Shown here piece after piece: positions 20,405-29,387 of a DNA stretch of 64,000 nt. Origin of the DNA: Spirochaetota bacterium (GTDB lineage Bacteria; Spirochaetota; UBA4802; JAFGDQ01); the NCBI GenBank assembly GCA_016932015.1, contig JAFGDQ010000063.1, positions 2,658 to 66,657 on the forward strand. Reading direction: 5' to 3'. Position 1 is the stretch's first letter. Every line of letters begins with the position of its first letter. The position numbers were made by a program, and so were the translations under genes. A model generated the notes under the pieces. That model made no database searches. It saw only the letters and a list, made by a program, of their open reading frames with translations, and was not told the DNA's origin.

Positions 20405-21208
20405 TTATTTTTGTGTGCCAAAAATTCCGTCCCTGTAAGCATTGATGTATTCTATGCAGAATTCATCATTACCCATTAATGCCTCTGTCGCGTATATCAG
20501 GCCCATCATATCTCTGTTTAAAGGGTCAAGAATAACGCTGTCGAGTCCCGCATTCATCGCCATAACTACGAATGCCTGGTTTACTGTCTTACGTGAAGGC
20601 AGGTTAAAAGATACGTTGCTGGCAGCTCCTGTAACATGAATAGTCGGATACTGTTCTTTGATTTTTTTCATTACTTCGATGATCATATTGATTCCGTCTT
20701 CAGATGTACAGAGCATTTCAACTAAAGGATCTATGTGCAGGCGTGAAGGATCAATTTTGAATTCTTTGGCTTTTTCCATGAGAGCTGCAAAAACTTCCAG
20801 ACGTTTTTCCGCTGTTTTAGGAATTCCCGTATCATCACACAGAAGTGCTACTATGTCCCATTTTGAATCAGCTATTGCAGGGAAAACAACGTCAACTTTA
20901 TCTCCTTCCATTGAAACTGAATTAAAAAGGCCGGGTTTATTACAGAATTTTGTTGCTTCAAGACATATTCTTGCGTCCGGGCTGTCAACAGCTATAGGTG
21001 TATCGGAAACTCCCTGAACAAGATCAATAAGCCATTTCATTGTTTCAAGCTCAATCTCTGTGTCTACTGAAGCGCATACGTCAAGAAAAGTAGCCTGCGC
21101 TTCTGTTTGAACTTTAGCCAGATTTTTAATAAAATCTGCATCCTTTGCGGCAATAGCTTTAGCCACAGAAGGAATTGAACCGTTAATTTTTTCAGCTATT
21201 ATAATCAT
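20405..21208 (-). CDS. Methylcorrinoid:tetrahydrofolate methyltransferase (MT2, AcsE-like pterin-binding)
   Basis: MIIIAEKING, AVDSP, NSVS, IDPL, SNVSFNLP, ILDP. Confidence 0.92.
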   Translation of the reverse strand: MIIIAEKINGSIPSVAKAIAAKDADFIKNLAKVQTEAQATFLDVCASVDTEIELETMKWLIDLVQGVSDTPIAVDSPDARICLEATKFCNKPGLFNSVSMEGDKVDVVFPAIADSKWDIVALLCDDTGIPKTAEKRLEVFAALMEKAKEFKIDPSRLHIDPLVEMLCTSEDGINMIIEVMKKIKEQYPTIHVTGAASNVSFNLPSRKTVNQAFVVMAMNAGLDSVILDPLNRDMMGLIYATEALMGNDEFCIEYINAYRDGIFGTQK

Positions 21209-21291
21209 TTCTATTGTAACTCCATTGTTAATAATAATTGGATTAATTTTATGTAAGGTGCGTTATGTGTCAAATATTTATTAGAAAATAA

Positions 21292-21317
21292 TCAGGATTT
21301 ATATATATAAATCCTGA
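21292..21317. promoter_or_regulatory. Perfect 26-bp palindrome, candidate operator
   Basis: TCAGGATTTATATATATAAATCCTGA in the divergent region between the MT2 gene and the Spy-like gene. Confidence 0.45.
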
Positions 21318-21460
21318 AATTATTGGTTTTCAGTAAAATAAATGTAATTTTTTGAAATTTGCTTTGTTATTATAATATATGTTGAAAAAAAAGTGAACCA
21401 TTATTTAAAAATTGCGGTAATTTTATTGTATTTTATAAGTAAAGTGTTTTGAGGAATTAA

Positions 21461-21952
21461 ATGAAACGTAATATGATATTAATAATCATAGGCAGCATTA
21501 TTTTAAATGTAGCTGTCAGCGTATTTTATTTCCATAAAGTAAAGGCAAAAATGTTAACCTTTGTTAAGAATCAGCTGGAAGGGAATTATATTACCAGTAT
21601 TTCGATTGAAAAAAATAGGCGTATACTGAATCTTTCAGACATGCAGGTTGAAAAAATGAAGAAAATTAATATTAATTTTGACAAACTGGAAGAACAGTAC
21701 AGAAAAAAGTTTTATGTACATTTAAACAAACTTAAGAGAAATGTTTTAAGAGAAAATTTTGATGAACGTAATCTGAGAAAAGTTCTTGAAGAAATTGATA
21801 AAGAAAAGCGTGAAATAAGAATATTGAATTTAAAAGAAGTTTTTGAATTTGAAGAGGTACTTAATCAGGATCAAAAGTTGAAATTCAGAAATTACATAAA
21901 AAGGTGTAATTTGAAATCAGGCAAATCTGAGATATCGTGGGATCTGCTCTAA
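21461..21952 (+). CDS. Spy/CpxP/ZraP-like periplasmic helical protein
   Basis: N-terminal TM; LNLSDMQ and LNQDQK (LTxxQ-like) motifs. Confidence 0.65.
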   Translation: MKRNMILIIIGSIILNVAVSVFYFHKVKAKMLTFVKNQLEGNYITSISIEKNRRILNLSDMQVEKMKKININFDKLEEQYRKKFYVHLNKLKRNVLRENFDERNLRKVLEEIDKEKREIRILNLKEVFEFEEVLNQDQKLKFRNYIKRCNLKSGKSEISWDLL

Positions 21953-21987
21953 TTAAATAATAAAATTGTATTAATAACTTAATTTAT

Positions 21988-22503
21988 ATGGAAGAAAAAG
22001 AATTTTATAATTTTGTAGAAGAAACAAAATCCATTGTACTTGCGGCTGTACGGAAATATCTTTCAGGAAATTATTACTGTTATATTGACGATGTTGTACA
22101 GGAAACTTATCTGAGAGCATACAGGGCAATTGAAAAAAATGGATTAAAAATGGATAAGTCTCTTAATAACTGGCTTTATACAATCGCAAAAAATGAATCC
22201 ATAAGAATGGTTGAAAAGCTGAAAAGAGAAGAGGCTAAGGTTCTTAAAGCCCAGGAATCATTCACCAAAAAACACAGACGCAATAAATTCGATGAGGAAA
22301 TTATTGAAATGAAAAATATTATTTCAGGCCTGCCTGAAAAGTATAAAACTATATTCGAATTGCTTGTATACGGTTATTCTGAAAGCCAGATTGCCGAAAA
22401 ACTGGATATTCGTCAGGGTACTGTAAAGTCCAGAATACACAGGGGCAGGGAATTGATTTCAAGAACTTCAAAAATGATGGGCTTAAATTATGAGTATCAA
22501 TAA
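21988..22503 (+). CDS. ECF RNA polymerase sigma factor
   Basis: DDVVQETYLRAY, WLYTIAKN, IAEKLDIRQGTVKSRIHRGR. Confidence 0.93.
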   Translation: MEEKEFYNFVEETKSIVLAAVRKYLSGNYYCYIDDVVQETYLRAYRAIEKNGLKMDKSLNNWLYTIAKNESIRMVEKLKREEAKVLKAQESFTKKHRRNKFDEEIIEMKNIISGLPEKYKTIFELLVYGYSESQIAEKLDIRQGTVKSRIHRGRELISRTSKMMGLNYEYQ

Positions 22504-22819
22504 TAACAGAATGTTTGATTATGAAATTCAGAACCGGCTTGATAATTCTGAATGGAATCATCAGGTAGTATCCTGGGTATATGCCAGGTTGAACCGGAGC
22601 AGAACAGACAGAATTTTTACGATCGCGTCCTTTTCATTTCCTCTTCTGGCAGCGGCATTGCTTTTTGTTATACTGGCTTTTGGCCTTACATCGCAGGAAA
22701 TTGATACAAGTGAGCAGACTATTGCCAATATTTCAGACGTGGATACAGTGCTGGATGATTCGGGTTCGCTGTCATACGATCTGGTTGATTATTATGTTGA
22801 GACTTCCTTTTCCAGATAA
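22490..22819 (+). CDS. Putative single-TM anti-sigma factor
   Basis: Overlaps the sigma stop codon; one TM; position typical of anti-sigma genes. Confidence 0.6.
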   Translation: MSINNNRMFDYEIQNRLDNSEWNHQVVSWVYARLNRSRTDRIFTIASFSFPLLAAALLFVILAFGLTSQEIDTSEQTIANISDVDTVLDDSGSLSYDLVDYYVETSFSR

Positions 22820-22879
22820 ACGGTTATTGCGGAATGGCCGCCGGATTTATAATTTAAAATACCTGCCGTAAAATAATCA

Positions 22880-23215
22880 TTAAGAATCAGATTCCCTTCT
22901 TTTAAATATTCTTCTGTCGTTAAAAACAGACTGAAGTGTTTCCATTATGCGTAATTTTCTTCTTTCGAAATTTCTCCGGTCGAAATGGTGTCCGTTGGGT
23001 AAAAGAGTCGGGCTTACATCCTTTCCTTGTTCGTATTGTGTTTTTCTTTTGCATTCTTCCCGTAAGGGACCGGAACAGTATTTTTTATCGTACAGTTTAA
23101 CAAGAGCTGAAGTCCCGACCAGTTTGCAATTAGGTTTATATTTGCAGGTATCCATATCGTGTTTTTCTCGTTGATTAAGATCCGTATACATCTTTATACC
23201 CGGAATAAATTGCAT
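22880..23215 (-). CDS. Small Cys-rich hypothetical protein with Arg-rich tail
   Basis: C-x5-C...YCSG-x5-CKR...LLPNG, then DRR/ERR/DRR/KRR; start uncertain. Confidence 0.6.
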   Translation of the reverse strand: MQFIPGIKMYTDLNQREKHDMDTCKYKPNCKLVGTSALVKLYDKKYCSGPLREECKRKTQYEQGKDVSPTLLPNGHHFDRRNFERRKLRIMETLQSVFNDRRIFKRRESDS

Positions 23216-23536
23216 AACAACTGATTTTATGATAATTAAATGGGTTTAAATATGTCAAATTAATTATCCTCATACTTTTTTTAGTCATTTTAACCGGGAA
23301 TGATTACCGTGTTTAAATCGATTTTTAATATAATTGTACGGCCATCATGAAAAGGTCTCAATTATGTGATTATTTGTTATTTTTTAAATATCATGGAAGT
23401 TGTCTGTAAAGGGGAAAAAGTTGCATATAACGTTTTAAAATCTCAATATTATTCTTGATTAATATATCTGTTTTATGAATGATTGCTGTAGCTTCTTTCT
23501 TTATTTAAAATATTATACTCGCGGGTAATTAATCTC

Positions 23537-25537
23537 TTGATGAATGATGAAAAACTGACAAAACAGCAACTAATCGGTGAGTTAAACAAGCTCAGAAGAA
23601 AGCTGAAAAAATTCGAACATTCAGAAGCTGATTTAAAAGAGACTGAGTATGCTCTCCGGAAAAGTGAATTCCTTTACGCCGCTTTATTTGAAAATAATCC
23701 GATTCAGACTGTTGTTGTAGACCATAAAGGCTGTGTTATTGCGTATAACAGGCAGAAAAAGATATCAGGAGACAGGCTGCCTGATGTAGGTGATATCATG
23801 TATAAGGATTATGCTTCCAGGCATGATAATGATATGTATTCGGAATTAATCAATTGCATACAATCCGGAGAAATGCGTGAATTTCCCGAACAGAAGTACG
23901 GCGGTAAGGTATTGAATATCAAGATTGCGCCTATAAAAAACGGGGCGATTATTACATCCATTGATATTACAGAGAGGAAAAAAGCCGAGCAGGAGCTTTT
24001 AAAAATAACAAAGGCTGTTGAAAATACAAGCGAGGCTGTAGGCATTTTTGACTCTTCAGGCAGTAACTATTATCAGAATAAATCTTTTAATAAATTATTC
24101 GGATACAGTATTAAAGAGCTTTCTTCATACCGCGGAGCTCCTCCATATTATAAAGATCAAGAAACAGCTGCGGATATTTTTAAATCAGTAATGAAGGGTG
24201 TTTCATGGACAGGAGAGCTTGAAGCTGTTTCAAAAAGCGGGCGTGATTTTACAGTTCAGTTGATTGCAGACGCGATACGGGACGACAAAAGCGAAATAAT
24301 CGGATTAGTATGCGTGCATACTGACATCACAGAGCAGAAACGGTTTGAGGAGGAAAACAGGAATTTTCAGGCACAGGTACTGCACGCTCAGAAACTGGAG
24401 AGCCTTGGAGTGCTGGCCGGAAGTATTGCTCATGATTTTAATAATTTGCTTTTGGGAATACTCGGTAATGCGGATCTTGCGATGCTTGACATGCCTTCTT
24501 CGTCACCGGCGAAACAATACCTTAACGATATAGTAATAATTGCAAGGCGTGCTGCGGAACTTTGTAAACAGATGCTTGCATATTCAGGAAAGGGTAAATT
24601 CATTATAGAGCCTCTTAATTTATCCGGACTTGTCGAAGAGATAGGGCATTTACTTGAAATTTCAATATCAAAGAACATTGAAATTGAATATAATCTTTCA
24701 GATGCAATACCGTATTTTAATGCTGATGCTACCCAGCTTCGCCAGGTTATTATGAATCTTATTACCAATGCTTCAGATGCAATCGGTGATGATGAGGGAA
24801 AAATTTCAGTTACAACCGGTTTAATGAAATGCGACAGCCGTTTTTTAAAGGATGTATACTGCAAGGACAGACTTGCCGAAGGCGAATATATTTTTATAGA
24901 TGTAACAGATACAGGCTGCGGAATGGATAAGGATACAATGGACAATATCTTTGACCCGTTCTTCAGCACAAAAATTTCCGGCCGCGGGCTTGGGCTCGCG
25001 GCAGTGCTTGGTATTATTCGCAGTCATGGTGGCGGATGCAAAGTTATAAGCAAGCCTGGCAGAGGAACGTCATTCAGAATTCTGTTCCCTCTTTCTGAAA
25101 CAGGCAGGGATGTGCAGCCGTATAATGCGGAAGCCGGATTTTCCGAGAGCAGGATCGGATACAGAAAGGTTTTACTTATTGACAGTGATGAAACGGCATG
25201 TTCTGAAGCTTCTGCTGTGCTTGAAGAAACAGGATTCGGGGTGGTAACTGCCTGTGACAGTGATCAGGCTCTTGAGCAGTTGTACAAACACGGGCATGAT
25301 ATTAAACTGGTAATTGTAGATCTGGATATGCCGGGGATGAATGCCAGGAGTAATATGGATTTAATTAAACAGATAAAAGATAATATTCCGGTAATAGTCT
25401 CAAGCACATACAGAGAAGAGGAAATATACAGAGTCTTCAGGAAAGAATCTCTTGCCGGGTATCTTCATAAACCATATGAGGCTGCTTTTTTAAGAGAGGT
25501 AATTTTCGGGGCACTGGCTTATAAACTGCGTACATAA
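23537..25537 (+). CDS. Cytoplasmic PAS-PAS hybrid histidine kinase with receiver domain
   Basis: DITE PAC ends, IAHDFNN H-box, NLITNASDA, DTGCGM, FDPFFSTK, GRGLGL; REC domain DLDMPG...KP. Confidence 0.93.
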   Translation: MMNDEKLTKQQLIGELNKLRRKLKKFEHSEADLKETEYALRKSEFLYAALFENNPIQTVVVDHKGCVIAYNRQKKISGDRLPDVGDIMYKDYASRHDNDMYSELINCIQSGEMREFPEQKYGGKVLNIKIAPIKNGAIITSIDITERKKAEQELLKITKAVENTSEAVGIFDSSGSNYYQNKSFNKLFGYSIKELSSYRGAPPYYKDQETAADIFKSVMKGVSWTGELEAVSKSGRDFTVQLIADAIRDDKSEIIGLVCVHTDITEQKRFEEENRNFQAQVLHAQKLESLGVLAGSIAHDFNNLLLGILGNADLAMLDMPSSSPAKQYLNDIVIIARRAAELCKQMLAYSGKGKFIIEPLNLSGLVEEIGHLLEISISKNIEIEYNLSDAIPYFNADATQLRQVIMNLITNASDAIGDDEGKISVTTGLMKCDSRFLKDVYCKDRLAEGEYIFIDVTDTGCGMDKDTMDNIFDPFFSTKISGRGLGLAAVLGIIRSHGGGCKVISKPGRGTSFRILFPLSETGRDVQPYNAEAGFSESRIGYRKVLLIDSDETACSEASAVLEETGFGVVTACDSDQALEQLYKHGHDIKLVIVDLDMPGMNARSNMDLIKQIKDNIPVIVSSTYREEEIYRVFRKESLAGYLHKPYEAAFLREVIFGALAYKLRT

Positions 25538-25542
25538 AGTAT

Positions 25543-26724
25543 TCAGTTTGTTTTCCTTATGCTGTCCGCAACCAGATACAGTTTGTTTTCACCAATGGTA
25601 TTTATGTAAATACCTTTAATTGAAACCATGTCTCCGTTGATGATTTTCTGTTTTAGTAAATTTTTATCTGAATATACATCCACAATTCCGCTGAAAATAT
25701 CTTCATCTTTATAATCTACCAGCAGGTCAAAAGCCAGCTTGTTGTTTTTTTCTTTCAGATTGCTGATTTTGCCGTTCCATTCTACATTTACTCCTCTGTA
25801 TAGATAAGGAGTCTTTAATATTTTATGAACAGGGATTTGCGTGTAGGTCCTGTATTCTATTCCTGATATAAATTTACGTAAAAAATTAATTCTTTCCTTC
25901 ACTTTGAAATTCGCGTTACTGTTTTCCAGTTTATTTATAAGAATGATTGCATTATTATATTCTTTATTCTTTATGAGAGTTTTTGCTTTATTGAAGTCTT
26001 TTAAAACTTCTTCACTGGAGTAATAGAAAACAGGCGGTTTTTCCGTTTTAATTTTATCAATCAGGTCATATCTGGAAACATCAATATTTATTGAATCCAG
26101 CGGAGAGTTCGTTACAGGGGCCGGTTTTTTGCCTTTGCTGTAATAGTTAAAATAATAATATGCGGCAGAAACACAGATTAGTATTATTACGGAAAAAATC
26201 AGTAAAAAGCGTACAGGCCTGAATGCTCTGTTGCCTTTTATTTTTGTGATTTTTTTGTATGAATGATATGAAGCAGATGAATCTGCCTGAATATCGATCC
26301 TGCCCGGCTTTGGTACACAGACAAAGGAATTGAGCCTTGCCTGTTTCTGGAACACAGCGAAATCTTTAACCTTGCGCAAACTGCTCAAAGCATGCCTGAA
26401 GTATTTGTTTCCGGGGAACTGATCAATTCTGTCTATATATGCGGCAATAACTGAATGTATTTCAGATGCGGCCTTAAGATACAGGAATGATTCAAGCTGA
26501 AGAAGAGGAAGGTAGTCCGGATCTGTTTTTTTTAGTTTTCTGATGATTCTTTCAGATTCGCTAAATCTGCTACTGAGGAGATATGATACGCATAAAAGAA
26601 AATACGGGTATGGATCATGAGTGATTGTGATTATTTTTTCAAGCAGTGCTGCTGCTTCCTCATACCGCTTGTTTTTGTAAGCGCGGAATGCCTCCCTGAT
26701 CAGTAATATGTTTCTATTCTTCAC
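25543..26724 (-). CDS. TPR-containing membrane protein with putative C-terminal OB-fold
   Basis: N-terminal TPR-like helices, central TM, PYLYRGVNVEWNGKI...GDMVSIKG. Confidence 0.6.
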   Translation of the reverse strand: MKNRNILLIREAFRAYKNKRYEEAAALLEKIITITHDPYPYFLLCVSYLLSSRFSESERIIRKLKKTDPDYLPLLQLESFLYLKAASEIHSVIAAYIDRIDQFPGNKYFRHALSSLRKVKDFAVFQKQARLNSFVCVPKPGRIDIQADSSASYHSYKKITKIKGNRAFRPVRFLLIFSVIILICVSAAYYYFNYYSKGKKPAPVTNSPLDSINIDVSRYDLIDKIKTEKPPVFYYSSEEVLKDFNKAKTLIKNKEYNNAIILINKLENSNANFKVKERINFLRKFISGIEYRTYTQIPVHKILKTPYLYRGVNVEWNGKISNLKEKNNKLAFDLLVDYKDEDIFSGIVDVYSDKNLLKQKIINGDMVSIKGIYINTIGENKLYLVADSIRKTN

Positions 26725-26894
26725 TTTATAAATTCATTTCTTATTATCCGGAATTTAATCCAGGGCCTTAATATAATGCAAGGAGCAGATAAATCTGCTG
26801 CGGGAGTAAAGTGAAAGGCAATTATTTTATACACATGGACTGGTTTATGTATTTGACCCGGGTATTTGAAAAAGCTTTTAATCAAGCAACGGCT

Positions 26895-27143
26895 TTATTT
26901 GTCATTGCGTTTGAAAAAATTTGATACCTGGTCAATTACTGAATTTTTTTCGTCTTTACTCCTTCCCAGCCAGTATCCGATAAGCATAAAAACAGCAAGG
27001 AATATTGTTTTCACTATTCCGAGAGTAAACAGGAATATTCCAAGTACCAGGCCGACAATGACTCCAACTGCGGTACCGGGATTGCTGTTGATCCAGTCTT
27101 TCAGATAGTTAAGGAAATTTTTATCATTGTTTAACTCGTTCAA
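26895..27143 (-). CDS. Small membrane protein (DUF2273-like)
   Basis: GTAVGVIVGLVLGIFLFTLGIVKT...IGYWLG; likely TTG start at 27143 after AGGGGG inside the efp 3' end. Confidence 0.7.
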   Translation of the reverse strand: MNELNNDKNFLNYLKDWINSNPGTAVGVIVGLVLGIFLFTLGIVKTIFLAVFMLIGYWLGRSKDEKNSVIDQVSNFFKRNDK

Positions 27144-27687
27144 CGTATTCCCCCTTTCTTGTATCAATTTTAATAACATCTCCCTCTTCAACAAACAGAG
27201 GAACATGAAATTCGGCTCCGGTTTCCACTTTTACCGGTTTTGTAACATTTGTAGCGGTATCACCTTTTACACCGGGCTCTGCGTATGTTACTTTCAGATT
27301 CACAAATGTCGGAGGTTCTATTGAGATCGGTTTATCTTTATATGTTGATATCTGCAGCAGATCACCTTCTTTAATATAATCAAGAATATCACCGACTATA
27401 TCCTTATCAATTGATTCCTGCTCATATGATTCGGTGTCCATAAAAACAAGAGCATCACCTTCATCGTATAAATACTGCAGTTCCTTGTTCTCTACACGGA
27501 TGTCCTCAACTTTTTCGCCGCCGCGGAATGTTTTATCGATAACCGTACCCTTTGTCAGTGATTTGAGTTTGGTGCGGACAAAGGCTCCCCCTTTACCGGG
27601 TTTAACGTGCAAAAATTCCACTACTGTATATATATCATTTTCTAATTTGATTGCCATTCCTCTTTTGAAATCGTTACTTGAAACCAT
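27124..27687 (-). CDS. efp: Elongation factor P
   Basis: HVKPGKGGAFVRTKLK, PGVKGDTA, VPLFV, IDTRKGEYVER. Confidence 0.98.
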   Translation of the reverse strand: MVSSNDFKRGMAIKLENDIYTVVEFLHVKPGKGGAFVRTKLKSLTKGTVIDKTFRGGEKVEDIRVENKELQYLYDEGDALVFMDTESYEQESIDKDIVGDILDYIKEGDLLQISTYKDKPISIEPPTFVNLKVTYAEPGVKGDTATNVTKPVKVETGAEFHVPLFVEEGDVIKIDTRKGEYVERVKQ

Positions 27688-27800
27688 ATAACCTCTGATT
27701 ATTATTTGCTTATTAATCCATCCAGAAAACCGGTTTAAGTTAAATTTTTTAAGTGTCTGGATGATTGTTAGAATGATTCCCGGCTCCGCTGGGAATTTAA

Positions 27801-28865
27801 TTATAATATAATTATTTCCTTGGATGCCTGTGTAAGGTCTTCGAAACCGTTTTCTGTTACTATTACTACATCCTCTATTCTTATACCGCCTTTCTCAGGT
27901 ATATAAATACCGGGTTCAACAGTAAATGGAATATTTTTTTTTAATCTGAATGTGCTTCCGCCCTTTATGGCCGGGCTTTCGTGAACTTCAAGGCCTATCC
28001 CGTGGCCGAGCGAATGGCCGAATTCCCGGCCGTATCCTGACCCGGCAATTACATCCCTTGCTATACCGTCAAGTTTACCTGTGGTAATGCCGGGTTTAAC
28101 TGATGAGATTGCCTTTTCCTGGGCAGTCCTGACAATGTTGTATATCTTTTCAAATTCGGGTTCTATACTACCTGCAAATACAGTTCGTGTCAAGTCTGAA
28201 TTATATCCATTAAAAGTGCATCCCATGTCAATTAATAAAATATCTCCATGCCGGATTTTTTTTGACATTGATGTTATATAATGAGGCATGGAGGAGCCTT
28301 TGCCGGAAGCGACAATTGAATCGAATGAGGATTTGGTGCATCCGTTTTTTCTGTAAAAATATTCTATTTCAACCGCAATATCCCATTCCAGGATTCCGGG
28401 TTTTATTATTTTGAGGAGATGAGCGAAACATTTATCAGCAATTTCAACAGCTTTTCTAAGAGTATTTATTTCGTTTTCATCTTTTATTATTCTCAGTGAA
28501 TCGATTTCATCTGCGCCCGGAATAAGCTTTATTTTACCCAGGTTGTTATTTAGAGACTGGTAACCGGATAGCGGAATTGAATAATCTATGTATAACCGTT
28601 TTTTTTTAACGGTTTTCAGTATATCTTTAAGAGAATCCGGCAGGCCGGTTGTCATTTGAATAATTTCTATTGATTCCGGAAGCAGGGAAGACGCGTATTC
28701 TGTGTATCTTGAATCCGTAATAAAGAATATTTGTTTATCATCAATAACAATATTGGCATATGTTCCGCCAAATCCTGTCAGGTATTTAATATTTGTCAGA
28801 TTTGAAATTAAATACGGGAATTTTTTACTTTTTATAAGATTTGTCTGTAGTTTTTTTAGTCTCAT
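27801..28865 (-). CDS. Xaa-Pro aminopeptidase (M24B)
   Basis: YLTGF, TDSRY, GYNSDLTRT, HSLGHGIGLEVHE, TVEPGIY, GIRIED. Confidence 0.95.
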   Translation of the reverse strand: MRLKKLQTNLIKSKKFPYLISNLTNIKYLTGFGGTYANIVIDDKQIFFITDSRYTEYASSLLPESIEIIQMTTGLPDSLKDILKTVKKKRLYIDYSIPLSGYQSLNNNLGKIKLIPGADEIDSLRIIKDENEINTLRKAVEIADKCFAHLLKIIKPGILEWDIAVEIEYFYRKNGCTKSSFDSIVASGKGSSMPHYITSMSKKIRHGDILLIDMGCTFNGYNSDLTRTVFAGSIEPEFEKIYNIVRTAQEKAISSVKPGITTGKLDGIARDVIAGSGYGREFGHSLGHGIGLEVHESPAIKGGSTFRLKKNIPFTVEPGIYIPEKGGIRIEDVVIVTENGFEDLTQASKEIIIL

Positions 28866-28915
28866 ATGTTCTATTAAGAAATTTAAAATGAAATTTTAAG
28901 TTTGATTCTGAAATA

Positions 28916-29374
28916 TTATTTTCCGGATGTTTTCAGATTTGTTAAATAGTTATGAAGAGCTTCGATTCCTGTCAGGTAGGAAAAATAGCCGAAGCCTGAT
29001 ATCTGCCCGATACAGACAGGAGCGATAAATGATTTTTTTCTGTAATCTTCTCTTGAATGAATGTTGGATAAGTGTACTTCAACTGCAGGAATACCTGTAC
29101 CTTTAATTGCGTCAGCAATAGCTATTGAAGTGTGGGTATATGCGCCGGGGTTTATTACCAAACCGCTGCATTCCCGGTTTTCCTGAATAAGACCGATAAT
29201 ATTTCCTTCGCTGTTTGACTGGAAGATCTTTGTTTTAATGTTAAGCTTGCCGGATAATTCTGTTATTGCTTTATTTATATCATCAAGAGTCATGTGCCCG
29301 TAAATTTCCGGTTCTCTTGTCCCGAGGAGGTTGAGGTTGGGTCCGTGAATTATAAGTATTGCAGGGGCATGCAT
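28916..29374 (-). CDS. aroQ: Type II 3-dehydroquinate dehydratase
   Basis: [44 protein letters not shown]. Confidence 0.97.
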   Translation of the reverse strand: MHAPAILIIHGPNLNLLGTREPEIYGHMTLDDINKAITELSGKLNIKTKIFQSNSEGNIIGLIQENRECSGLVINPGAYTHTSIAIADAIKGTGIPAVEVHLSNIHSREDYRKKSFIAPVCIGQISGFGYFSYLTGIEALHNYLTNLKTSGK

Positions 29375-29387
29375 TTGTCTCTTTTCC

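Noticed and set aside
24430-24969. 179-aa minus-strand ORF and the many other 60-175-aa ORFs nested in or antisense to called genes
   Set aside because: They overlap motif-supported genes and have no recognisable features.
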